From the NCBI GenBank assembly GCA_963575745.1, contig CAUYUJ010000148.1, positions 62,001 through 126,000 of the forward strand: DNA of 64,000 nucleotides, in the 5' to 3' direction. The position numbers and the translations under genes are program-made. Positions 25,646-37,320 of the stretch are shown one piece after another; position 1 is the stretch's first letter, and the number at the start of each line of letters is the position of its first letter. Under the pieces are notes generated by a model that was not told the origin of the DNA, did no database searches, and saw only the letters and a list, made by a program, of their open reading frames with translations. This stretch comes from Prorocentrum cordatum. Lineage: Eukaryota.

Positions 25646-27599
25646 CGCAGTGCAACAACTCACTGCTCGGGGTTAGCGCTGGCTGGCATCGTCATGCGCC
25701 CGCGCGTTGCTTGCATTCGGGATGCTGTGCTTGTTCAAAACGGTGCTCCCGCTGCGGCGTTGGCCTCATTTCAGGATCGGCGCTTTGCGCCCGTCGTTCA
25801 AAATGGCGGTCTCGTCCCAGCGCGGGCCACGCTTCTGGATCCGGTTCCTTCCTCGTCGCTGTCGTCCCCGTCCTTCCCCCTACTCCGCCTTTCCCTGGTC
25901 CTCCTGCTCTGCCCGCGCCTCCTGCTGATGCTGCTTATCCTCCGTCTTCCTCCTCCGCCTCCCCTTCCTCCTGCTCATCCGCCACTTCCTCCCTCTTCTG
26001 TGCACAACCCCTGTTCCTAATTGCGCATCGCGCAACAATACGGGGTCGCTTGGGCTCACTTGGGGGATTCAGGTCCGCTAGGGCATCCGTCAGGGATGAA
26101 TGGTCAGATATGGCGCGTTCACAAATCTTGTCCTCCAAAACCTCTCCGTCCCCACCCCGTCCTGTCGCTCCCTTACCTCCCCCTCCTCCCTATCCTCATC
26201 CTTCTCATCCTCCTCCTCCCTCTAATTCCTCCCCCTCCCACCATCCCCTCGCCATCCTCCCTCTCCCCCCATCCTCGTTGTCCATATCCGGTCCTCTCGG
26301 GTCGACGAAGGGGGGGGAGGGTAGCAAAGGGGGGGGTACCGAATCAGGGACGCTAGGGTAAACTGGTTCACAAGGGATCCAAAAGGTGATCCCCAATGCC
26401 TGTATCCAGGGAAACGCTCAGCGGAGGGGCCGAAACCAGCTGCACGAAGCAGATTCAGCATCCCTCCTTTGTCCCAGTCCCCACCCCTGTGGCCCGCCCC
26501 GACCCGAGGTGCCTCTTCCCGCGAAATCTTGGAGCCCATGGGGTCCGCGGCGCCCCATGAGGGTTGTTCAGCAGGCCGCCGGGGCCTCCCGGGACGTCCC
26601 GGGGACTCCCTCCCGGAGCAGTGCGAGTTGAGACGACGGCAGCTCCAAATCGACCGCGGACCACTCCCAGGATCCAAACGAACTCATTTTCCGAGCCTCG
26701 TCCAGCCGTGGCGACGAGGCCCCTCCCCAGAGTCACACTACTCTCGTTTTATGTTGTGTGAGGAGGAGGGAGGGGATGGAGCGCGACAACACAACTTCAC
26801 ACTGCTCGACCTCAATCGCTGTGCGAATCAACATGTCGCCAAGCAAACCGGGATCCCGACGCGAGCCGACCTGCAAATGCAGTGAACCGTGGCCTGAAAG
26901 AGGGAAATTAGCGTGGCGCATCCGAACATCCCATGAAGCCCAAAAAGCCAACGATATGACCTACGCAGGACACGAAGCGAGAAGGCGGGAGGAAGGGGGA
27001 GGAGGGGAAGGTAGAGGAGGAACGAGAGAGAGGGGGAGAGAACGGCCTTGCCCGTGCACTCGGAAATTCCCCACGAGCGCAGCTCCAACGGGAGCGGAAC
27101 GACAACACTAGCACGAATCTATGTGCTGGAGTGGCGGCAGCGACGGCAGCAGGGGGAGAGGTGTAAGGATGAGAAGGACGAGGAGGAGTGGGAGGAGGAG
27201 GAGGAGGAGGAGGAGCAGGGTCACCCTCGCAGGGCGTCGCGGCTGGGAGTCATGCCTACCTAGCGAGCGTCTCGCGTTTTTGAACATCATCTTTCTCGGC
27301 GTTTCGACATTGGGCGGAACGGGGGAGGAGGGGGGGGGTCTGGCTCTGGACCTCGGCTTAATGCGTCTGTTTGCAACAGTGAGTCCTACGCGGGAGGCTC
27401 CATCTGCTCGAAAAAGGCGCCCGAAACAGCCGAGATCTACTCAAGGAGGGGTGAATGGGGGGGGGTGCGAGGGCCCGCGCCGATCGGCAAAACAATTGAG
27501 AAAGAAACACTCACTTGGCGAAGTCAACCTACCCCTGTCTCAACTCGCCCTGCCCCGAACCTTGGCCCAGGGAAATCCCTTGGCAACACCCGATGCACG

Positions 27600-27800
27600 G
27601 CCGCAGCGCCGGCAGCAGGCCCAGCGCTCGAGCGGCGCAGCTCGTGCTGCTTCCAGCGGCCCTGCGCCGCTTCGAGCTTCGACCAGGCCTTGGACATCAC
27701 GCCAGCGGCGGCCTCCGCGCTGCCACCCGGGCGCACCTGCTTCGCCGCCTCGCCTTGCGAACTGCGCCATCTGCGCCATCAGCCGGCTCGTGGCTAGCGC
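27600..27800 (-). CDS. Putative helical-repeat exon
   Basis: After gcag|: ALATSRLMAQMAQFARRGGEAGAPGWQRGGRRWRDVQGLVEARS. Confidence 0.4.
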
Positions 27801-27812
27801 CTGCCCCAAGAA

Positions 27813-28025
27813 TGAGGGGCAACGATAGGAGGGGACTGACATAGGGGGGGATGCATCGACCTGGAATCGGCGATACATCGCCGATAGATTGGCGATAGGC
27901 CTCCAATAGTGAATCCGAACCTTCCTGGGCAGGTTGGGGCCATCGGGCTACTATCGGCGATCAATGGGCGATTGAGGGGCGATGCATCCCCACTATGCCC
28001 TATCCCCCCCTGTCGTTGCCCCCGA
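27813..28025. mobile_element. Foldback element with an atcggcgat core
   Basis: TIR tgaggggcaacgatagg...gatgcatc / gatgcatc...cctgtcgttgcccccga. Flanks aagaa / aagga. Confidence 0.65.
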
Positions 28026-28212
28026 AAGGACCTCCAACACCGTCCCAGCCGTGCCTCCTCCTCTCCTCCTCCCCGCTCCCCTCTGGCGGCGGCGCACGCT
28101 CTGGCGGGGCCCAGCCGCAGAGGCATGGAAGTGCGACACTGGCATAACCGTCGTCGCAGAGAGCAAGGGAGTGTTCTCCAAGTGGCGTGCCACCCCCCCT
28201 CCCCCCAGTATA

Positions 28213-28390
28213 TTGGCGGCGCGCACAAGGGGGTGGAGGGAGGGGGAGGGGGAGGGGCTTCTTAAAAGGAGGCTGCTTCTTAGAAGGCGCCGGCCTTACT
28301 ACATCTATTGATTAGGGCCGCGCCTTCTAAGAAGCAAGGGGTGCTTCTAAGAAGCCCTCCCCCCTCTCCCCCCCCTCTGTGCGTGGCTGG
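28213..28390. mobile_element. Foldback element with a perfect 5-bp TSD
   Basis: Long arms (cttcttagaaggcgc / gcgccttctaagaag). gtata at 28208-28212 and 28391-28395. Confidence 0.7.
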
Positions 28391-29552
28391 GTATAGCAGC
28401 ATCTCGCCCGAGGACATCTGCAATGTCTAGCTTTGGGAGGCATCGAGGGACTCCTCGCTGTGAGCAGGAGCTGCCAGCATCGAACCGGCACAGCGAAACG
28501 GATTGAAACGTGCGCCAGATCAGGAGTCAAAATCGAATCGGCTCGGCCGCGCCAGGATGCACAACAACGCCATGCAAACATCGGCCCGCATCGGATTGCG
28601 GGAACATCCTAATCGCATCGGAGGACTCGAAATCGAGTCGGATCGATCGGATCGCAGCGGACCCTGACCTGCCGTGAATGTGCAAGCCCCGAAGAAGAAA
28701 GGAGCTCGACATTGAGCACACGCGTGGGGAACACGCGCGGCAGAATGCAATGGCCGGAAACAAGACGGCAGTCAATCAAGCCATGAATCGAGCCAGCAAA
28801 GCAGAATCAATCTACATCGATCAGAAAGATCGGATCGCATCGGAACGTGCATCGGATCGGGCTGCATCGGCACGGAATCAGAGTCGCATCAGATCGGCCG
28901 CGACAGGATGCGCACCAACGTGATGCAAACATCAGGCCGCATCGGATCGTCTGAATTTCGTGACCGAATCGGATCGGGACAACCCAAATCGATACCGAGT
29001 CGGGTCGATCGGATCGAAGCCACGGCGTACGACTGCAATCAACGTCTCGCACTACCGAGCCTTCGACCAGGAACGACGCCCCTTTCGGGCCGCACCCGCG
29101 CCCGCGTGCCCGAGGAGCAGCAGGGGAACACCCGCGGAAAGACCCGAGAGGCATCGACCCCAGTTCCGGAGCGGACCCTGCCCCAATGTCTTGTCAAGGA
29201 CAGCGTTCAGGGGAAACTGACCCCAGGAAGGGGAGCACAGGCCGGGGCCTGGCTCCCAGGAACGCGCGGCTTCGCAATCGGGGGCCTCTCGCCGATCTCT
29301 CGGCGATGTATCGACGATTCCAGCGCACAGTTCCCCCCCTATCGGCTTCCCTGACGAAAGCGTGCTGTGTTGGTAATGGGTTTCGACATTTGGCCGAAGG
29401 GTGGGGTGGGGGGGGGGTCTGGGCATGGGCTGGTGCTCAGTCGATCTGATGCTACCAGTCGCACAAGCAGACTGGTGGGTTGGTCCTGACCGGTCGCCAG
29501 AAGCAGCCGACAAAAGCAGACAGGATCTGGTCTGCAGGGGCGAGGAGCGGGG

Positions 29553-29686
29553 GGGGTGTTGCTAGAAGTACCCCTGGCCCAAAGTACCCCCAGGATTCTC
29601 GGGGTGGCCCAGACGGCCCCAGGGGCTCCAAAGTGGAGCGAAAAGCTAGGGGCACCTTGGGCCAGGGGCACTTCTAGCAACACCCC
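29553..29686. mobile_element. Foldback element with a 38-bp TIR
   Basis: ggggtgttgctagaagtacccctggcccaaagtacccc versus the reverse complement of ggggcaccttgggccaggggcacttctagcaacacccc (3 mismatches). Confidence 0.75.
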
Positions 29687-30853
29687 AGGGGGGGGGGTGA
29701 CGGGGGCCCGCTCCGGTCGGGCTGTCACTCGGGCTGTCCCTCCCTGTCCCGCGCCTGCTTGCCGAAGCTTCGGCCCCGTGGTCTCCCGCCAACAAGACTG
29801 CGCAAGAGAGAGAGAGAGAGAGAGAGTCGGATATTGAAGGACGAGGAGGCGAGCAAGAGGGAGGAGGGATGGGAATAGAAAAGGTCAAGGCGTGACGCGA
29901 TGAAACTAGTTTCTAAGGAGAGGCCCGTCCTCTTGCGCGTTGCCCAGCCAACGACAAAACGTTGGACCGACAGGATGGCTACGACTGCTGCATTTTCTTA
30001 GATAGATCAATGGGCGCCAGCTCGAGCTTCAGGAGGGAGAACTGAGAATCGGCGACGCCAACTGACCACCGCACCGATCCTGGTTTGGCTCATCCTGGGC
30101 CCAAGATCAGTGCATGCGACCCCCTGGCCCAGCCATAATGCCGTATACACCGATCCTGGGCCTAGGATGGGCCTGGTAATGATCGGTGAGGGTGTTGATT
30201 GACGTCGCCCGAGAGAAAGGACGAAGGGGGACGGATGAGAGAAGAGAAGACAGATGAAGGATGAGGAAGTGGAGGAGGGAGAAAGGGGGCAGGACGAGGA
30301 GCAAGGAGACTGGAAATGAGGGACGAAGGAGGAACAGGGAGGACTGCGAAGGAGTAAGGAGGATGAGGAAGCGTGTGGGAGGAAGGAGGCCATAGGAGGA
30401 GGGAGGAGAAAGGACATGATGGGGAGAAAACGCGAACCGACGACTGAGAAGGAAGACGGGTGAGGAGGAGGAGGAGGAGGAGGAAGATGGGTGAGGAGGA
30501 GGAGGAGGAGGAGGAGGAGGAAGAGGAGGAGGAGGAGGAGGAGGATGAGGAACAGCAGCAAAACAAGGACGAGGAGGAGGACGAGGACGAGGACGAGGTG
30601 GAGGCAGGTGGCAGGTGGCAACGAGGAAGACCAAAGGAGGAATGACGAGTTCCACCCTGGACGGCGAGCCTCGCCCGCCGGCGGGGCGCCGCCTCCGGGA
30701 AACAACCGCACTCAGCCGCCGCGGCGCCTCTTCGTCCTTCGGCGGCGTGCACGACGGGGCAAACTCAGGGGGCGGAGGGAGGAGGATGGCTTCTCAGAGT
30801 CACGGGGTGCTTCTGCGAAGCCTGCCCCTCTCCCCCCCTGCCCCCCCCCTCTC

Positions 30854-31021
30854 TCAGGCGGGTGGCAATGGGGGGCGACCCGCATGGGGGGTTGAAGAGA
30901 AACGCCCTAGACCGGCCCTTTGGGGCACCAGCTGGCCCCACAAGAAACCCTAAAGGGCCGGCCCCTTCAGGGCTCTCTCATTCACCCCCGTATTGGTCGC
31001 CCCCCATTGCCGCCCGCCCGA
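30854..31021. mobile_element. Foldback element with a ~45-bp TIR
   Basis: tcaggcgggtggcaatggggggcgacc / ggtcgccccccattgccgcccgcccga. Flanks ctctc / ctgtc. Confidence 0.7.
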
Positions 31022-31037
31022 CTGTCTGCGCGTGGCC

Positions 31038-31115
31038 GAGTCAACGGCACCGCATCGGCACCGCCTGCCTCGACTAGCGGCATCTGACGCTTCCTCGGCC
31101 GCGGGGAGGCCGAGG
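31038..31115 (-). CDS. Putative exon encoding an internal repeat unit of a low-complexity protein
   Basis: SASPRPRKRQMPLVEAGGADAVPLT; 65/78 nt identical, without indels, to 35132-35209. Confidence 0.5.
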
Positions 31116-31243
31116 TGGAGGACCGAAGAAGAGAAGGAGGAAACCGAGGAGGAGGAGGAGGAGGAGGAGGAGGAGGAGGAGGAAGAGGAGGGGGAGGAGG
31201 CGGAGAAAGAGGAGGGAAGAGGACGAAGACGGGGAGGAGGACG

Positions 31244-31343
31244 NNNNNNNNNNNNNNNNNNNNNNNNNNNNNNNNNNNNNNNNNNNNNNNNNNNNNNNNN
31301 NNNNNNNNNNNNNNNNNNNNNNNNNNNNNNNNNNNNNNNNNNN
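31244..31343. other. Assembly gap (100 N) inside a (GGA)n tract
   Basis: Run of N. Confidence 1.
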
Positions 31344-31789
31344 GAATGGGAGGCGGAGGAGGAGAATGAGTAGGAGGAGGAGGAGGAGGGAGGGGGAGGA
31401 GGAGGAGGAAGCGGAGGAGGAGGAGGAGGGGGGAGGAGGAGGATGGGGGAGGAAGGAAAAGGGGGGAGGAGGAGGAGGAGGAGGAGGAGGAGGAGGAGGA
31501 GAAGGATGAGGAGGAGGAAGTGGACGATGGGGAGGAGGAGGAAGAGGCGCGCGACGCCTCTCGAGCGTCCCCCGACGGCCGCGCTGGCGCGCGCCCGACG
31601 GACTACGCCGAGGCGCCCTCGCGCCACGATGGCGGAGAGGGCAAGGTGGAAGAGAGTGCGGAGGAAGGACGATCCAAGGAAGATCCCGCCCAACATGAGG
31701 AGGCAGGAGAGCAACTCGGAGCCGCAGGCGAAGCCAGTGACGGGGAGGGCGTAGACGCCCTCCTTCGCGTGACCCACCACCCAGACAAG

Positions 31790-33960
31790 TCACTCACCCA
31801 GGCAACGAGCATGAGGGAAACAACAACAAGTCAGACATGTGTGACATGTTGCCACTCGTCGTACGGACGGAAGGTCATGTCGACATCTCCCTCCAGCGGG
31901 AGGTCCCAGGCAACGAGCGCCCCGAATGCCTCCTCGTGGCTGCGCGCCCCGACCATGAAGCCGACCTTGTGCGCGGTGCCGCACAGGCCGACAAGAATTT
32001 GGTGGAGACGAGGACGGCCACGGCGTCGCTTACCTGGCACTTCTGTCTTCAGATTACCGCTGACTTGGACCCCCATGTCTTCGCGGAGTACCCGGCACGC
32101 ACAGTCTTTGCGGTCAGACTCGCCATGGGCTGTCTGGACCGTCTTCGGTTCGATGTTTTGCCGCGGGCTGTTTGTGGCTCCAGGGGTGGGCCCAGAAGCG
32201 CCAGTCAACGAACCTGCGGCGGTAGCTCCTGCGGCCAGCTCGCGGCGTGCAACCTCATATAGAAAGAAGCCCTCAAATGTGGTCCGAACAACTACTGGGC
32301 TACTTACCACCGCCTGAGTGGCGTCGCGAGCTTCGCCATGGGTTCGGCTCACGGCCATGGCCCCGCTAGCTTCGCCATGGGCTGTGCTAGCTGGGTGCGG
32401 TTTGTCACCTTGCCTTTGACTTTCAGCACTGGCATCGCCTCGACCGGTGAGACTGCGCAAACTGTCGTGGACCTCGTCAACCTCCACGCGATGAGCCTCG
32501 AAGCTCATGTCAGCCCTCACTCCAAGCGGAGGCCGGGTGCTTCCAGCAGCAGCGCCGCCCGACCCCTGCCCCGTGACCCGAGCACCGACGGAGGCGCAGG
32601 CAGGCGGCCGCGCGGCAGCCCTGATCGGCAAAACCGCCGACCCAGGAGTGACACTCGGAGTGGACACGCCCATGAAGTCGATCGGCATGGCATTCGACAC
32701 GGGCGCCAGCTGGCGGGCACGTCATGGGCGCCGGCACTTTTCATCCCCCGGTGGCCCAGACGCCGCGGGGCCATTTTGAGCGAATGGTTTTGGAACGCAT
32801 GTGTCCTGCTCGCCAGCCGCGCGCCCGAATGCGCCAGTGAAAAAACTGCGGCCCCGGTCCCCCCACCAGCATGCGCATCGTGGACACTTCCGCCCTGTCC
32901 TGGCGAACCTCCCACGCGCCGATCGGGGGGGCAAAGAACTGGCTGCGTCAATGGATGATTGTCGCTGGCCTTCAACCGGGCATGTCCCCGCCCCTCCTCC
33001 GACTTTGAATCGGAGAGCCCCGAGGGAGGCACTTGGGACACCTGGGCATCAACAGCAGGAGTGTCAGAGCCGCCGTCGCCATGCCCACCATCCTCGCCAG
33101 CATTATCCGTAGGAGGCTTCTTCGGGGACCTGGGGAGGGGCTGCATCTGCGCACCTATGATGCCTTCGGTGTTGGCGCCATGGACGCGCGCACCTTCTTC
33201 CATACCTGCGCCGGCACAACGTGATGAGGAGCCAACAGAGAAGGGCACGCCACTTGCTGCCTTATCGCGGGGGACGGAGGATCGACGCTCATGGAGCGTC
33301 GAAGCACCTTCGTCCACGTGTTCGACCACTTCCGCGCCCGTGGGCTCAGGCGCCCCTTTAAAGCGCCGTCGACGACGAGGCGTGGCCCCAAGAGCAACCG
33401 ACTGGGCAGGAGATGCGGCAGATGGAGCGCTAGCTCTTAGACCTACAGCGCCTGCCTGAGGTAGCTGCTGCGCGCCGCCACGGAGGCCTCCACGTTGGAA
33501 GACAGGTGCACCTGGTGGCAGCACGTCTGGAAGGAGATCGGCTACTGGTGGAGGAATCGCTCCAAGCGGAGGATCCGCACCCGGCGTCGAAGATGCGCCC
33601 CCGCATCTCGGAGGTGCTGATCCCCGTTGCCAGCTCGCGCGCCAGCTTGAGGACCCACGACTGGCGGGGGAAGGCCCACTCGCAGACGATCCACCACCCG
33701 TGGTCGATCAGCGCCACGCGGGTGCTAATCTTGAGGGGGAGGAGCTCCACGTTCACGGTCGGCCTCCAGCACCTGGCGCAGGGCGCGGGCAAGGCGGGGG
33801 AGTGCCTGGCCCCTATGCGCCTGCACCTCCGCGAAGGCTCGCAGGTGCTGGGTGGCCCGCCCCTGCGCCCGCGCCGCCTGGGCGCGGCGTGCGGCGGCAA
33901 CCCGATCGGGGCGGCGGGCGCCACCCGCCCGGGTCGGCAGCACCTCCATCCCGCGGGCGG
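31790..33960 (-). mobile_element. Intronless ~2.1 kb frameshifted coding block, probably a retroelement ORF1 remnant
   Basis: Overlapping long minus ORFs (33725-33949, 33430-34041, 32517-33524, 31831-32700) with no microsatellite introns. N-terminal RAQGRATQHLRAFAEVQAHRGQALPRLARALRQVL helix. No catalytic motif seen. Confidence 0.4.
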
Positions 33961-34062
33961 CGAAGGGGGAACAGGGGGCCGGAGAAAGCGGGGAAGGGAG
34001 GGCGCGGGCAGGGCAGGGGGGGCCCTAGCGCGTGCTCGCACGGCCCCAAAAGGCCTTGGACC

Positions 34063-35133
34063 GAGGAGGAGGAGGAGGAGGAGGAGGAGGAGGAGGAGGA
34101 GGAGGAGGAGGAGGAGGAGGAGGAGGAGGAGGAGGAGGAGGAGGAGGAGGAGGAGAGGGGAGGGGGAGGGAGGAGGGAGGAGGGAGGAGGGAGGAGGGAG
34201 GAGGGAGGAGGGAGGAGGGAGGAGGGAGGAGGGAGGAGGAGGAGGAGGAGGAGGAGGAGGAGGAGGAGGAGGAGGAGGAGGAGGGAGGAGGAGGGAGGAG
34301 GAGGAAGAGGAGGAAGAAGGAGGAGGTGGAAGGTCATGAGTGTCATAGATCCAAGAAGTGAACGGCGAGCGAGGCTCAACCGTGACCCTCGGCCTCCCAG
34401 ACTGGAGGAAAGGGACCGCAGGCGCCAGTGCCGACGGTCAAGGGAAAGGCATATACCTCGTCGCTCAGCGACTCGCTGCCCAACCGAGACGGCGCGGTGC
34501 GTCGGGGGACAACCAATTCACCGCGTCACCGCGCAGCACTCCCCGACCGTCACCCCTGCCGAATCGGATGGCATATGCAACTGGGTTTGTACCCCAGGGT
34601 AAGCGGACACAAGGTCTCAAGGAACTTACGGACCACATGGCCCCGCCTCTCAACCAAATGCACACTCCCCGTGCCTGGTACCCATCCCCAGGCCACGGGC
34701 GCAGCTAACGCGCCGCTGCCACGGGCAAAGTGACACGTGGCTGGTGCAAGAACAACGAAAACCGGTCTATCTGCCCCCAGCCGCCGCATGCAATTGACAC
34801 GGACAGTGTGCCCCGAGGAGTGTGTGACGCTGACACCATGAGAACAGGTGCCACGCCCCCACCCTCGAGGAGGAGGGAGGAGGTGGAGGTGGGGGTGGGG
34901 GTGGGGGTGGAGGAGGAGGAGGAGGAGGAGGAGGAGGAGGAGGAGGAGGAGGAGGAGGAAGAGGAAGGAGGAGGAGGAGGAGGAGAGGGAGGAGGAGGAG
35001 GAGGAGGAGGAGGAGGAGGAGGAGGAGAGGAGGAGGGAGGAGGAGGAGGAGGAGAGGAGGAGGAGGAGGAGGAGGGAGGAGGGAGGAGCGAGGAGGAGGA
35101 GGAGGAGAAGGAGGAGGCGGAGGAGGCGGAGGA
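34063..35133. repeat. Two long (GGA)n / (GGAGGAG)n tracts (34063-34325 and 34870-35133); many more across the window
   Basis: Directly visible. Similar tracts occur at 2355, 10116, 30460, 31140, 38470, 41235, 47767, 49950, 58500, 62110 and 63300. Confidence 0.95.
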
Positions 35134-35290
35134 GTCCTCGGCACTGCGTCGGCGCCGCCTGCCTCGGCTGGCGGCCTCTTCTGCTTCCTCGGCCGCGTGG
35201 CGGCCGAGGCCGGCGTCACGGCGGCGCCGCTGGCCTCGGCCGCTGGCCGCCGCCGGGGCGACGCGTCGGCCGCCGCGGGGCCTGTGGCCA
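35132..35290 (-). CDS. Putative exon, S/P/R-rich repeat protein
   Basis: PAAADASPRRRPAAEASGAAVTPASAATRPRKQKRPPAEAGGADAVPRT; paralogous to 31038-31115. Confidence 0.5.
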
Positions 35291-36479
35291 CCCGTCGGGG
35301 GGGAGTGCGACGAAGCCAGGACGAGGGATGCACGTGGGTCGGAAGGAGGGAGAAACATGAAGGAGGAAGGCGGTTTAAGTTGGTTGGGTCCAGGCCCCCA
35401 GGGAATAACAAAACACAGCAAAAACGTGCCGATTCTTGAAGTAGGAAAGCGCTTGAAGCTGATTGGGATCTGGGAATCCAAGAATACCTACTTTGAACGG
35501 CCGGCGTGTACAGTCGAAACGCTGTCATAAGGAACCCCGAATAAGGAATGAGGCCCCGATTCTCCGCAAGTTAAACCTCGATTTCCCATCGAAAGCCGAA
35601 GGAACATCTAAGACGAACTGTTAAACAATCAAGGAACACCGAGCCCCTCCCCAACGAAAAGGGATCCTTCTTCAGCGGCCCGACTGTGACATCGGACAAG
35701 ACAAATCGGCGGCTTTGGACGAGATCTCTGAGAGGAAAGGGACAAGCCGTCGACAAGGGCAGGGACAGGGACAAGTCGGCGACAAGGAGAAGTCGGCGAC
35801 AAGGACAAGTCTCGGAGTAAGACAAAGCCAGGACAAGGACAAATCCGCGACAAGGACACAAAACATACATCTCTGAGATCTGGCGGCTCTGGAGGGTGTA
35901 TCGGGCGCCGCGGTCTTCTCAGAGCGTTCCGGACCGCTCTGAGGGCGTCACAAAGGCTTTGACATGGAGCTAGCCTTGTCCCAGCCCCGCCCGAGGGATG
36001 CCTCCACAGGCGTTATGCCCGGTTTCGGGCTCGGGACCTTCACAGAACGATCCGGCTCGAAAAATGAAACAGAACAATTGTGTCCGGAGGTGATTTCTGG
36101 CAACGGTGTATTTTGGGACGCACAGAGACATACTAGTCCTATATGTCCTCATTGGAGGCGCGCGTCCGACCCGACCATATAGTAAACCCATCTTGTAGTA
36201 TATCGCTTCGCGACCGGTGCGGCCAGAAAGCGCCCGCCACGACGCATACCCTAAGGCCTATAAGATTTCTCGGTGCGCGCGTCGCCCCTGGGAGGGCGAC
36301 ACACACATATAGTATAAGTATGTTGGGATGGCGCCGATATTTCCCAACCATCATGTAGTGTTGGGTCCTCGTTCTTCTTACATATAACGGACAGCGTCAC
36401 GGGTCCCACATCCTCCTCATCCTCTTCGCGCTGCCCCTCCTCCGTCCTCCCATCCATCCCTTGCCTCCCTTCGCGTGTC

Positions 36480-36796
36480 AACCAGCTCGGCACACCCAGT
36501 ACAGCGCTTCGTGGCCCCATGGGGAAATCCATCGAAGGCCTCTGTGGCTGCTGCCGCATGCTGCCACGCCACCCATTTCGGCACACCCGTCGCACGCTTC
36601 GTGGCTGTCGGGGAAAAAAACACTGTGGGGAAATCAACACACAAAACACACACACACACGCACACACACACACACACACTGTGGGAACAAACACACACAC
36701 ACACAACACACACACACACTGTGGGAACAAACAAACACAACAACACACACAGTGTGTGTGTGTGTGTGTGTGTTTCCCACAGTGTGTGTGTGTGTT

Positions 36797-36827
<31 letters not shown>

Positions 36828-37320
36828 TTCTCATCGAGAGTTCCACCCGAGGCCCCCAGGTGGCTGCGGCCGCACGCGCCCCCGCCACCCATGACGGCAC
36901 ACCCCTCAGGCGCTTCGTGGTCGCATAAGGAACTCCACCCAAGGCTCCAGCGGCAGGGCCCGCATGCCGCGCTTCGTGGCCCAATAAGGAGCTCCATCGA
37001 AGGCCCGAATGGCAGCGCCCGCAGGAAAAAACACACAGTCTGTGAGGAAAAAACATACAAAACATACAAAACACACACACACACACAAAACACTCAGTCT
37101 GTGTGTGTGCGTTTTTCCCACGTTGTGTGTGTTTTTTGTGTGTTTTTGTTCCCACAGACGGCCCCGCCTCATTTCGGCACACCCCTAAAACGCTTCCGCG
37201 GCCCACGGGGAGCTTCACCTGAGACCCCAGTGGCAGCGCCCGCATGGCGGCGCTGCGTGTTTCGGCAAACCCTTCACGCGCTTCGTGGCCCCATACAGAG
37301 GTCCACCGAAGGCGATACTC
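36480..37320. repeat. Tandem (gcttcgtggcccc...ccaccgaaggc) repeat carrying two (CA)n/(TG)n foldback inserts
   Basis: gcttcgtgg recurs at about 36505, 36595, 36912, 36970 and 37280. Inserts at about 36608-36830 and 37022-37157. Confidence 0.75.

Noticed and set aside
32765..32800. gccattttgagcgaatgg as a spliced-leader relic
   Set aside because: Partial match in either orientation, inside a coding-like block, with no CTCAAG end; compatible with chance.
33506..35530. Long poly-Glu/Arg/Gly/Pro/Ser ORFs here and at 2142-3014, 9906-10655, 30007-31793, 40818-41684 and 49636-50660
   Set aside because: (GGA)n tracts have no stop codon in any frame, so these ORFs are artefacts.
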